From Candidatus Latescibacterota bacterium (GTDB taxonomy: Bacteria > Latescibacterota > UBA2968 > GCA-2709665), in NCBI GenBank assembly GCA_965203805.1, contig OZ241917.1, positions 4,320,001-4,384,000 on the forward strand: a DNA stretch of 64,000 nt, given 5' to 3'. The position numbers were made by a program, and so were the translations under genes. The notes under the pieces were generated by a model. The model was not told the DNA's origin. It worked only from the letters and a program-made list of their open reading frames with translations, and searched no databases. Below, one piece after another: positions 10,083 to 19,236 of this stretch; the first letter of the stretch is position 1, and each line of letters opens with the position of its first letter.

Positions 10083-10667
10083 TCAGTCCTCCTCGAGCAG
10101 CCCCCCGGCCCGCAGCACCCGCCAGAACGCGTAGTCGGCCGCGTTCACGATGGTATTTTCGAGGCTCCGCACCACCAGTTCTCCTTCTCCCGAATGCCCG
10201 CCCGCGATATGCGCCACGGCTTCGGGCAGTCCCACGCTCAGACATACGTGGACGCCGTAGGCCGGATGCCGTATGGACGGCCACCCTGCCGCGCCCGGCG
10301 CGCGCTTCCAGCGGGCCTGGTTTTCCGGATCGAATTCCCAGGGCTTGCCGACGTCGTGGCAGATCGCGCCGGCAATGAGAACATCGCGGTTCACCGTCAG
10401 GTCAGGAAACATCGAGACGAGTTCATCCGCCATCCGCATCGCCAGGCGGGTCACCCCGCGGATATGATCGGTCTGCGTCCCCGTTTTCAGCGGCGGCGTA
10501 TCCGGGTTTCCCGATGGCCGGATCGCGGCAATCGAGTCGAAGCTGCTGCTCGCAAGCGCCGTCGCCCATGCCTCGATGACTTTCTCCCGCAATGCCGCGT
10601 CTGCGATTTCATCTGCCTCCGGCAGTTCTGCGCGGACGCTTTCGCGCAACGAATCGGTAACGGCCAT
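10083..10667 (-). CDS. HD-domain metal-dependent phosphohydrolase
   Basis: DHIRGV...ICHDVGK...RHPAYG...AAD; start moved to ATG 10667 (GGAGG RBS). Confidence 0.88.
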   Translation of the reverse strand: MAVTDSLRESVRAELPEADEIADAALREKVIEAWATALASSSFDSIAAIRPSGNPDTPPLKTGTQTDHIRGVTRLAMRMADELVSMFPDLTVNRDVLIAGAICHDVGKPWEFDPENQARWKRAPGAAGWPSIRHPAYGVHVCLSVGLPEAVAHIAGGHSGEGELVVRSLENTIVNAADYAFWRVLRAGGLLEED

Positions 10668-10724
10668 TGTATCTCCCTCCAATCTTGAACGCTCGTGAAC
10701 ATGATCAGAACGGTATGCGAGCCT

Positions 10725-12308
10725 TCAATACCGAATGACCAGTTCCACGTCGGTCAGGACGATATCGCAAGCCAGCTGCGGATGGCGTTCGACCAGTCCG
10801 ACATTGACCGTATGCCTCCTCTGCGCGACGTCAGCGGGGCGCAGCGGGAAGCACAGCCACGCCGCCCGGCTCACGTCGGAAATGCGGCGGATGCCCGGTG
10901 GAGGCTGGAAGGCGCCGCCGGGAGGATTCGTGTTGTCCATTGCGCAATAGCGGGTTTCAGGGTCTTTCAGTTCCCGCCCGTCCCAGACGACGCGGACCCT
11001 GTCGCCAACCACCCACTGATCCAGCCGGACGCGGAGTTCCAGGTGTGACGCGCCGTCTGCTTCGACGTCATCGGCGATGTCCAGGATGATGGCCGGCATT
11101 TCGCCCGTCACGGTTTCCTTAAGGGCCACCGGCACCTCCCCCAGGATCCGGTCGATGCGGTAAGCGCCGCGCCACGGTCCCTCTTTCTGGATGAACCGGT
11201 GTGTGGCCGCATAGATCTTGTCGGTGCGGTGAAGGGTTTCGGGCGAGGCGATCTGCGATAGCAACTCCCTCTTCATGTCCCGGTTGGCGTGCCAGTTGAA
11301 CACGTAAATGCCGTCGGCGCCGGCTCGATGGTACCGGGAGGCAATCGCCCGGGTGCGCATTCGATCTTTGATTTCAGGCGCTTCCGGGCCGACGAACGGA
11401 TCGGGCAGACCGCTGTCGAATCCCGCGTACACGGCGATCCCCCTGTCCCGGCACATCTCCACGAACGCCGCCACCTCCAGAGACGCGTCGGTGACAGCGC
11501 CGCCTCCCAGGATCAGGATGTCCACCAGCCCCTCTTCGATCCACACCGGAATGTCGTAGCCGATGCGGCGGCACATCTCCTCCGAGCCGGCCACGCGCGC
11601 CGCCAGATGGAATGGCCTGCCCCGCCGTTTCGCGACGTCGTCCGTCAGCTGCCGGACCCGGCGCTGGAGATCGGTGAGCACGTACCGCAGCCGGTAAGCC
11701 TCGTCTTCGGGAAGGTGAAACGCATGCCGCTGCCAGTCCAGTTCCACGCCGTCCCAGTCGTAGCGCGTGACGACCTCCTCGATATGGGTATACCGGTGCT
11801 CGCGGACTTCAGGGACCGCCATATTCCACGAGAGCGCGAACCACTCCGACGTCCGGTCGCCCAGCACCCACTCCGGGTGTTCCCGCCGCATCCGGGTCAA
11901 CTCCGAGTGGTGAAGCGCCGGCAGGTCTTCCACCTGCGCCCCGTCGAAGTGGTTGTCGTTCATGCGCACGGATGCGTAGACGTCCATGCCCAGGGCGCGG
12001 CCGTGTTCGATCAGCGAGGCATGCGGGTCCTCGCCCCGCTCCAGCATCAGACGGATGTTTTCGGTGTGGGTATAGGCCGAGACGTTCTCGTACATTCGCC
12101 CGTGGACGTCCCCCAGCATTTCCAGCGCGGAATCCGGCCAGCGGGCGGCGTGTTCGCCGATGCACCAGAACAACGCCCCCACCTGCGTATCTTCGAGAGG
12201 CCCGTAGGTCTTCTCGAGAAACGCGTCCATCGATTGCGGCGCCTCGGAATAGCCGTGCGGCGCCCCGTCCCAGTTGTAGATGATCCCGTAGTCGAAGGGT
12301 CCGGACAT
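10725..12308 (-). CDS. GHL10/DUF187-like glycoside-hydrolase TIM-barrel protein
   Basis: IIYNWDG, ASVRMNDNH, EHPEW, PEVRE, YDWDGVELDWQR, GADGIYVFN; start moved to ATG 12308 (AAGGAGG RBS). Confidence 0.75.
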   Translation of the reverse strand: MSGPFDYGIIYNWDGAPHGYSEAPQSMDAFLEKTYGPLEDTQVGALFWCIGEHAARWPDSALEMLGDVHGRMYENVSAYTHTENIRLMLERGEDPHASLIEHGRALGMDVYASVRMNDNHFDGAQVEDLPALHHSELTRMRREHPEWVLGDRTSEWFALSWNMAVPEVREHRYTHIEEVVTRYDWDGVELDWQRHAFHLPEDEAYRLRYVLTDLQRRVRQLTDDVAKRRGRPFHLAARVAGSEEMCRRIGYDIPVWIEEGLVDILILGGGAVTDASLEVAAFVEMCRDRGIAVYAGFDSGLPDPFVGPEAPEIKDRMRTRAIASRYHRAGADGIYVFNWHANRDMKRELLSQIASPETLHRTDKIYAATHRFIQKEGPWRGAYRIDRILGEVPVALKETVTGEMPAIILDIADDVEADGASHLELRVRLDQWVVGDRVRVVWDGRELKDPETRYCAMDNTNPPGGAFQPPPGIRRISDVSRAAWLCFPLRPADVAQRRHTVNVGLVERHPQLACDIVLTDVELVIRY

Positions 12309-12351
12309 AATTGCCTCCTTTAAATCGGATGATTCAGGCACTAAATTGCGA

Positions 12352-12379
12352 TTGACATTGCGTGTAGTCCCTCTATTTT
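12352..12379 (+). promoter_or_regulatory. Possible sigma70 promoter for the 12431 gene
   Basis: TTGACA (12352-12357), 16-bp spacer, TATTTT in the AT-rich divergent gap. Confidence 0.35.
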
Positions 12380-12430
12380 ACGAGCGAATTCACACCTTTC
12401 CAATATCAGATTCCTTCACTTTCGCAATCT

Positions 12431-13213
12431 ATGAAATCCGCCTTCTGCACCAACGCCTTCGGTAATACGCAAGCCGATCAGGAAAGCGCCATCCCCTATC
12501 TCGCCGAACTGGGATACGACGGCATCGAGCTCTGGCAGCAGTACCTTTGCGACGCGGACCTGGCATGGGTCCGTTCCATCGCGGCCGAACACGACCTCGA
12601 GATCGTGCAGATCTGCCCCTACTTCGACTTCACCACCAGCCGGGAAACCTGGGACCGGAGTATCCGGGACGCGGCAACCTTTATCGAATACGCGGTCGAA
12701 CTCGACTGTCGATTTATACGCACCTACACGGGCAATGTCGGGAGCGCGGACGCCTCCGTCGAGCAGTGGGACGCCTGCGTCCGGGGGTTGCGGACCGTCT
12801 GCGAAATGGGCGCCGCGCACAATATCGTGTTCCCGCTGGAAACGCACCAGGTGATTCACCATGGGCCCAACCTGACGGATACGAGTCCAAGCACGCTCAA
12901 ACTGCTCGACGACGTTGGCATGGACAACCTTACCGTGAACCTCCAGACGCCTCTCGTCGGCGAGTCCGTCTTCCATACCGCCGAGCAACTCGGGGAACAC
13001 GTGGTCCACCTGCACGCCCACAACTGGCTGGGAAGCTGGCCGAACCTCACGTTTCTGGACGCCGGCGACGTGGACTTCGCCGCATTCCTCCGCGTTCTCC
13101 AATCCAAAGGCTTCGACGGATACATTTCAATAGAACACGGGAGCCATCATCCGCCATACGAGACGGCTGCGCATGAAATCACATACCTGAAGAGACTCAG
13201 GCGTCAGGAATAG
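12431..13213 (+). CDS. Sugar phosphate isomerase/epimerase (xylose isomerase-like/AP endonuclease 2 TIM barrel)
   Basis: GYDGIELW, LETH, VVHLHAHN, GDVDF, GFDGYISIE. Confidence 0.9.
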   Translation: MKSAFCTNAFGNTQADQESAIPYLAELGYDGIELWQQYLCDADLAWVRSIAAEHDLEIVQICPYFDFTTSRETWDRSIRDAATFIEYAVELDCRFIRTYTGNVGSADASVEQWDACVRGLRTVCEMGAAHNIVFPLETHQVIHHGPNLTDTSPSTLKLLDDVGMDNLTVNLQTPLVGESVFHTAEQLGEHVVHLHAHNWLGSWPNLTFLDAGDVDFAAFLRVLQSKGFDGYISIEHGSHHPPYETAAHEITYLKRLRRQE

Positions 13214-13269
13214 CGTAGATCGCAACCCGCACCGTAAGACCCCAATCTCGTCGACAACCGGAGCCCGCG

Positions 13270-16200
13270 ATGCCGCAGCGGAGAATATCCCTCAAGAATC
13301 TCAGGACACCCAAACCGGTCTACCCGTACACCGTCCTCGTGGAGGCCGGGCTGCCGGCGGCCGCCATCGTGCGTCCGTCGGATGACCGGTACGGCGCCAT
13401 TGCCGAGACCATCCGGGGAAAAATATACGACCTCACGGGCGCGAAGCTGCCGGTGGTCGACCACGGCGCCGCTGCAAAGACGCCCCGAAGGCACCTCATC
13501 CTGCTGGGAAACGTGAACACCAACAGGGTGGTCTTCCGGCTGTACGGTTACAGCTATACCCCGACAGACGACCATTATCCCGGCCGTGGCGGCCACCTTC
13601 TCCATACCATCCACGATCCCTGGGGCAACGGCAGGAACGCCGTGGGCCTTTTCGGCAGCGACGTCGCCGGGGTGGAAGCGGCCGCAGGCCTCTTTCTGGA
13701 CCGCCTGGCGGCGGGGCCCACGCTGACCCTCGGATCCATGTTCGACGTAACGTGGGGTCCGGATGCCCGGCGCGACGCCGGAGTCCCGGATGAACCGGAC
13801 CTGGACGCCGAGATGGCGGAAGCCGAAGACGACCTCGCACGCGGCTCCCATACCGGTCTTTGGAGCAGGATCGGCCAGCGGGGCCTGCTCTACGGGCTTA
13901 CCGGAAACGAAATCTACGCTGAAATTTACAAACGACTGGTTTACCGGATGTACGACCATGTCCTGTCCGACCCTGATAATTACGGCAGCGTATGGGGTTT
14001 CGACGCGGACTTCGCGCTGCAGTACGTCATGCCCGGGTGGGACCTCGTGGAAGAGAGTCCCGCCGTCTCCTCGGAGGACCGCCTGCGGATTACGCGCATC
14101 CTCTACGAGTTCATTTCGGATTGCGTTTCGCACGTGGGCAATGTCGACAACGACCACGTCCGCCATAACCATGCAACGTACGCCGCGCTCGGCCTTCACT
14201 ACGCCGGCGCTTATTTCAGGAAATACTACAGGGCCACGCAGGCCTACCGTTGGCTGGCCCTGTCGGAGAAGTGCTTCGGTGTGCAGGTCAACGCGTTCAA
14301 GCCGTACGAGGACTGCGGCCACTACCATTGGCGCACCCATTTCCACGCGATGCGATATACGCTAAGTACCGGCGACATGACGTTTTTCGATACGGGTAAT
14401 GCGCAGCGCGCCGGCGACTACGCCATCCTGACAACGGACAACCTGGGCTGCGCGGTGCCCAATGGAGACACGGCCTCCCCGTTCGGCACGTGGACCGAAA
14501 TGCCCTACCTGCGCGCCATGGTCTGCGTAACCGGCGACGGCCGCTACCAGTGGATGCTCGACAAGAAGAAAGAAATGGCGCCGCGCCCCCACCCTTACGA
14601 ACACAGCCGCGACGTGGAACCCGTTGAACCCATGGACCTGGAGGGGGCGCAGGTCTATCCGTTAGACCCCAGGTATTACGATTCAACAAACGGCAGCGAG
14701 CACCTGCCTCTGGACAAGACGTTCGACAAGGTCGTCTTCCGGGACGGGTTCGATCCTGACAATCAATATCTGTTTCTGGACGGCCTGTCCAACGGCGGTC
14801 ACAAGCATTACGACGGCAACTCGATCTGCCGCCTGACCCAGAACAACCGTATCTGGCTGGCCGACTGCGACTATATCAAATCACTGCCCAAATTCCACAA
14901 CGGGGTCCTCATCTTCAAGGACGGCCAGTCAGCCGAAATTCCGCCGTTCGTGGAACTCGAACGGTTTTCCGCCAACCGGAACAGCGGGTTCTCCCAGACG
15001 ACCCTTCGTTCCTACAGCGGCGTGGACTGGCGTCGCAACACCCTGTGGAGCCGGGGCGTCTATTTCCTCGTCGTCGACGAGATGGAGGCCCTGGGAGAAG
15101 CGGAATACAGTTTCCGCGCCGTCTGGCAGACGCTGGGCGACGTAACCCTCCGCAAGGGCGGCCTGGCCGCGGAGCAGAACGGCGAGCAATTCTTCATCCA
15201 CGGCCTGCCGGGACCGCGGCTCAGGCTCGAGGACGATCCGGTTACAGGTAAGAACTGGGACCGATACGAACACGCCGAACCGATCGTACGCATCCTCCAG
15301 CAGATCGCCGACGTGCGACTCGTGAAAGGGGAGACGTATCGGTTTTTCAACCTGCTCTATTGCAGCCCCCTGAAGCTCGCTATGACACAGGTCGCCGCGA
15401 ATGCCGTACGCATCGACGGGGGTCCGGAAACCGTCTTTGCCGGCGTCGGCGAAACCCGCGTTGCGTCGGCCCTTCCGTCCGGCCCCTCCGTCGCGGCGGC
15501 TCAGTTTCAGATATCTCCCCGTTCACTCTCCATTGTCGACGGCACGGAAGTCTCGTGGGAAGATACCGCGTTCAAGAGCGATCGCCCGGTGAGTCTCGAA
15601 TACGATCTGTCGGCTGCACAGGGCAGGCTTGCCACCTCCGGGCCGACGACGATCTCGCTGACCGCCGGAAGCGGGACGCAGGTCGAACTGGACGGCAAGC
15701 CGATCGCCGACGACGACTCGAACGGCGCCGTCACGTTCCGCGCGCCTGAGGGCAAATGCCGGATCGCGTTGATTCCACCGGCGCTTGCGGGAATCCGCCG
15801 CGCCGCGGTGACGTCTGATGCGCCCGAATTTACGCCACGAGTTCGAACGACACGCCGGGAACGCCGGGTTCCCCACCTCCGAACGGTCTGGTCGCACCGG
15901 GCGGACGGCGCATTCCTTTCCCTGCAAGCCGCGGACCTGGACGGCGATGGCGAAGATGAAGTCATCGCGGGCGGACGTTCGCAGTCCATCCATGCGTATA
16001 AGGGCGGAGGCGAGCTCTGGCGATTTCCCACCGGAGGCGCCGTGCGTTCCGTCTGTGCGGCGGATCTGGAGAACGACGGCCGGTCCGAAATCATCGCCGG
16101 TTCGGAAGACACCCGGGTGTACGTCCTCGCCGCGACCGGAACCTTACAGTGGAGTTACGAGATTCCGTTCTACTTCCAGGACCCGGTCGTGCGCTCCGTT

Positions 16201-16956
16201 TTCACCGGCGACATCAACGGCGACGGCAACCTCGAAGTCATCGCCGCCGTGGAATCGTGGCGATATCACGCCCTCACCCACGAGGGCGAGGAACTCTGGC
16301 GCCAGATGACCGTTCGCCCCTCGTCCACCGGGTGTGCTGCGGATCTGGACGGCGACGGCCGCGACGAGGTGATCGCCGGGACCGACTACCACCGGTGGCA
16401 CTGCATCGACGGCGACGGTGAGATCCGGTGGTCCTACCATCCGGCCACGGGCCCGCGCGCCAACAGCGCGGCCGCCGGGGACGTCGACGGCGACGGGCTG
16501 AAGGAAGTCGCATTCGCGGGCGCGGACACGCACATCCACCTCCTCAAAGCCGATGGCACGCTCATCTCGCAATTCAACACCGGCGATGAAGTCACCCGCG
16601 TCCTGATGGCCGATATGGATGGCGACGGGCGGGACGAAATCGTCGCCTCGTCCATGAGTTTCAACGTCTACGTCGTCAAAGGCGACGGCAAGACCCTCCA
16701 CTGGCGCACCGATCTCGGTGAAGTCGTCAATTGCATCGCCGCGGCCGATTTCAACGGGGACGGAAAACCGGAAGTCGCGGCGGGTGTCGAGGACGGGACG
16801 GTATACCTCCTCGGCAATGCGGATGGACGTCCGGTCGGCCGATATAAGACTGGCGGACCGATTCTGGATATCGTCGCCGCGGACGTGGACGGGGACGGCA
16901 TCCCCGAAATCGCCGCCTGTTCGGAGGACGGATTCCTGCACGTCTTCAAGGCGTAA
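13270..16956 (+). CDS. Large heparinase II/III-like lyase fused to a C-terminal FG-GAP/VCBS repeat beta-propeller
   Basis: Central HNH, PNGD, GHKHYDGNSI, HNGVLI motifs; eight C-terminal Dx(D/N/E)xDGxxE repeats. Confidence 0.75.
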   Translation: MPQRRISLKNLRTPKPVYPYTVLVEAGLPAAAIVRPSDDRYGAIAETIRGKIYDLTGAKLPVVDHGAAAKTPRRHLILLGNVNTNRVVFRLYGYSYTPTDDHYPGRGGHLLHTIHDPWGNGRNAVGLFGSDVAGVEAAAGLFLDRLAAGPTLTLGSMFDVTWGPDARRDAGVPDEPDLDAEMAEAEDDLARGSHTGLWSRIGQRGLLYGLTGNEIYAEIYKRLVYRMYDHVLSDPDNYGSVWGFDADFALQYVMPGWDLVEESPAVSSEDRLRITRILYEFISDCVSHVGNVDNDHVRHNHATYAALGLHYAGAYFRKYYRATQAYRWLALSEKCFGVQVNAFKPYEDCGHYHWRTHFHAMRYTLSTGDMTFFDTGNAQRAGDYAILTTDNLGCAVPNGDTASPFGTWTEMPYLRAMVCVTGDGRYQWMLDKKKEMAPRPHPYEHSRDVEPVEPMDLEGAQVYPLDPRYYDSTNGSEHLPLDKTFDKVVFRDGFDPDNQYLFLDGLSNGGHKHYDGNSICRLTQNNRIWLADCDYIKSLPKFHNGVLIFKDGQSAEIPPFVELERFSANRNSGFSQTTLRSYSGVDWRRNTLWSRGVYFLVVDEMEALGEAEYSFRAVWQTLGDVTLRKGGLAAEQNGEQFFIHGLPGPRLRLEDDPVTGKNWDRYEHAEPIVRILQQIADVRLVKGETYRFFNLLYCSPLKLAMTQVAANAVRIDGGPETVFAGVGETRVASALPSGPSVAAAQFQISPRSLSIVDGTEVSWEDTAFKSDRPVSLEYDLSAAQGRLATSGPTTISLTAGSGTQVELDGKPIADDDSNGAVTFRAPEGKCRIALIPPALAGIRRAAVTSDAPEFTPRVRTTRRERRVPHLRTVWSHRADGAFLSLQAADLDGDGEDEVIAGGRSQSIHAYKGGGELWRFPTGGAVRSVCAADLENDGRSEIIAGSEDTRVYVLAATGTLQWSYEIPFYFQDPVVRSVFTGDINGDGNLEVIAAVESWRYHALTHEGEELWRQMTVRPSSTGCAADLDGDGRDEVIAGTDYHRWHCIDGDGEIRWSYHPATGPRANSAAAGDVDGDGLKEVAFAGADTHIHLLKADGTLISQFNTGDEVTRVLMADMDGDGRDEIVASSMSFNVYVVKGDGKTLHWRTDLGEVVNCIAAADFNGDGKPEVAAGVEDGTVYLLGNADGRPVGRYKTGGPILDIVAADVDGDGIPEIAACSEDGFLHVFKA

Positions 16957-17031
16957 GGGAACCTGTCAATCGACTTTCGCGGCAGCGGGCACGTCGATCG
17001 CCGTGCGGCTCCGAATTCACGTCACACGGAC

Positions 17032-17697
17032 TCAGTCCTCGCCCAGGATTTCCCGTACCATGTTCTCCAGATGGTCCGTCCTCCCGAAGGAGACGTCCCG
17101 GAGGACGCCCTTTCGGTCGACCACAATGGTGGACGGCGTTCCGCGCAGGGCGAACTTTTCGAACGTCTCGGCCGAATATTGCTTGGCCTTCAGATAGTCT
17201 CGCACCCTCTCAATGATCTGGACCCGATAGCCCTCGGGCTGCGAATCGAAGTCAGGTACCTGGGGGTATATCACGTTCATGATCGCGTCATCCCCGGGGT
17301 CGCCGGACGTCCTCGTCAGGTTGTCCATTCCCAGCGGAAACGGGATCCTGTAGGGCAGCCTGTCCCCCTCCTGCAACTGCCCGTTCACAGAAAGCACCTT
17401 CCTGGTCTCGCCGATGACCCGACCCGTTTCGGCCAGGAGCCTGAGGTTGTCGAGCGTGTTCCTGTCAAAGTCCTCGAAGGCTGTGGCCAGTCCGATCACG
17501 CGTACCCCTTCGTCCCTGTATTCATCGTAGATGCGTATCGCCTCTGGAATGGCATACATGAAGCATCCGGGACAATTGACCTGGAAGACTTCAAGCACGA
17601 CGATATTGTCCCGTTCAAGGTCGAAGTTGGTCGGGGCGCCCTGCACCCAGGTTGAGACGCCGAAGTTGGGCGCTGTCTGTCCTACCTTTATTGACAT
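17032..17697 (-). CDS. Thioredoxin-like/redoxin (TlpA-AhpC type) protein
   Basis: FQVNCPGC CxxC, GTPS cis-Pro loop, VDRKG; AAGGAG RBS. Confidence 0.85.
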   Translation of the reverse strand: MSIKVGQTAPNFGVSTWVQGAPTNFDLERDNIVVLEVFQVNCPGCFMYAIPEAIRIYDEYRDEGVRVIGLATAFEDFDRNTLDNLRLLAETGRVIGETRKVLSVNGQLQEGDRLPYRIPFPLGMDNLTRTSGDPGDDAIMNVIYPQVPDFDSQPEGYRVQIIERVRDYLKAKQYSAETFEKFALRGTPSTIVVDRKGVLRDVSFGRTDHLENMVREILGED

Positions 17698-17937
17698 GGA
17701 TTGTGGACTCCTTTCGCCATCGGGGTATGTCGGTCCCTTTGCCCGACCAACAAAAAACCGGATTCAACTTGAATAAACCGCCCACGGCAGACCGGTCAAG
17801 TTCCCGCTTGCGCCGGATGTCGCCTCGCGTGGATATTACAGGGCACATGAAGGTCTGAAAAGCGCAAACCATCGGCCCTTCACCCGGAGCCGAACCCGCG
17901 ATTCCGAGCCGCAAACTCACGACTAAAGGAAATCACC

Positions 17938-19152
17938 ATGAAAATCACCGACATCGAAATCATTCCCATCTACCCGAAGATCGCCGCGCGGAATGCCGAT
18001 CAGAAAACCCGCTTCATCAATCTGAACCATCGTACCATCTTCAAGATCACGACGGACAGCGGCATCGTCGGTTACGGCGACGCGCGTTGCGCGGCCCCCG
18101 ACAGGTCCACCGTCGAGCACGTTGTCGGACGAGATCCCTTCGACTTCATCAACGCCAATCTGAATTCAGGCCTGATGGGCGCGCTGTACGACGCCATGGG
18201 CAAGCACCTCGAGATTCCCGCGTACAAACTCATGGGCCAGAAGATCCGCGACCGTGTGCCCGTGGCGGCGTGGACCCGCCCCGCGTCCCCGGAAGACCTG
18301 GCAAAAGACGTCCAGCGGGCGGTTGGCGAAGGATATATGATCTTCAAGATCCATACCTGCGCCTACTACGACGTTTTAGAACAGACCCGGGCCGTGGAGG
18401 AGGTGGCGCCGCCGGGATTCAAGATGCACTACGACTTCAATCACAACCGGCCGCTTGCCGCCGTCCTGCGAATCCTGAAAGAACTGGAAGGTTCACCCGT
18501 GGTGGGAATGATCGAGGACCCCCTCGTTCTGTCCGACGTGGAAGGGTGGCGGCTGCTGCGGCAGAAGACCAGCTTTCCACTTCTCATGCACGTCCCGCAA
18601 CTCGGCGGCGGGCAGGAGATGATCCGGGGTTGCGCGGACGCCTACATGATCGGAGAAGGCGGGATCGGCCCCACCCTCGTGCGCGGTTTTGCGGCCGGCC
18701 TGGCCAACGTGTCCTCGGTGATCCAGCTCACGGGCGGTACGCTCACCAAGGCAATGGCCCTGCATATGGGCGCCGTGATTCCGAACGTGGCGCATTGCAC
18801 GAACCTGGACGACCAGTACGACGAAGACGTTGTCAAACAACGGATCGAGGTGGCGGCCGGTTCGTCTCCGGTCCCCGAGGGCCCCGGCCTCGGCGTCGAG
18901 GTCGACGAAGACGCCCTGGCAAGGTGCGCGGCAAACAAACCCACGGTGATCCCGACCACCATCGGGATCCTGCACCTGCCGGGCGGGAACAGACTCTACA
19001 CGAAAGGGTTCCCGAACGTGCCCCGGGTCACGGGCTTTCCAGAAGGCAATACCCGGGGCATCCGGCTGGAGGTGTGGGAGGAGGACGGCACGGACGCGTT
19101 TCGGGAGACGCTGCAACGCATTGAAAAGAGCGGTCCGTTTATGGAGAAATAG
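17938..19152 (+). CDS. Mandelate racemase/muconate lactonizing enzyme (enolase superfamily)
   Basis: MKITDIE, ITTDSGIVGYG, ALYDAMGK, FKIH, DFN, IEDP, PEGPGLGVEVD. Confidence 0.92.
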   Translation: MKITDIEIIPIYPKIAARNADQKTRFINLNHRTIFKITTDSGIVGYGDARCAAPDRSTVEHVVGRDPFDFINANLNSGLMGALYDAMGKHLEIPAYKLMGQKIRDRVPVAAWTRPASPEDLAKDVQRAVGEGYMIFKIHTCAYYDVLEQTRAVEEVAPPGFKMHYDFNHNRPLAAVLRILKELEGSPVVGMIEDPLVLSDVEGWRLLRQKTSFPLLMHVPQLGGGQEMIRGCADAYMIGEGGIGPTLVRGFAAGLANVSSVIQLTGGTLTKAMALHMGAVIPNVAHCTNLDDQYDEDVVKQRIEVAAGSSPVPEGPGLGVEVDEDALARCAANKPTVIPTTIGILHLPGGNRLYTKGFPNVPRVTGFPEGNTRGIRLEVWEEDGTDAFRETLQRIEKSGPFMEK

Positions 19153-19236
19153 ACGTTCAGTTCGCCCCGGCGCCCGGAGACATCGACCTTCCGTATGATT
19201 GAACGCCCGGGCAGAATCGTTCGAACAGGAGTCGCC

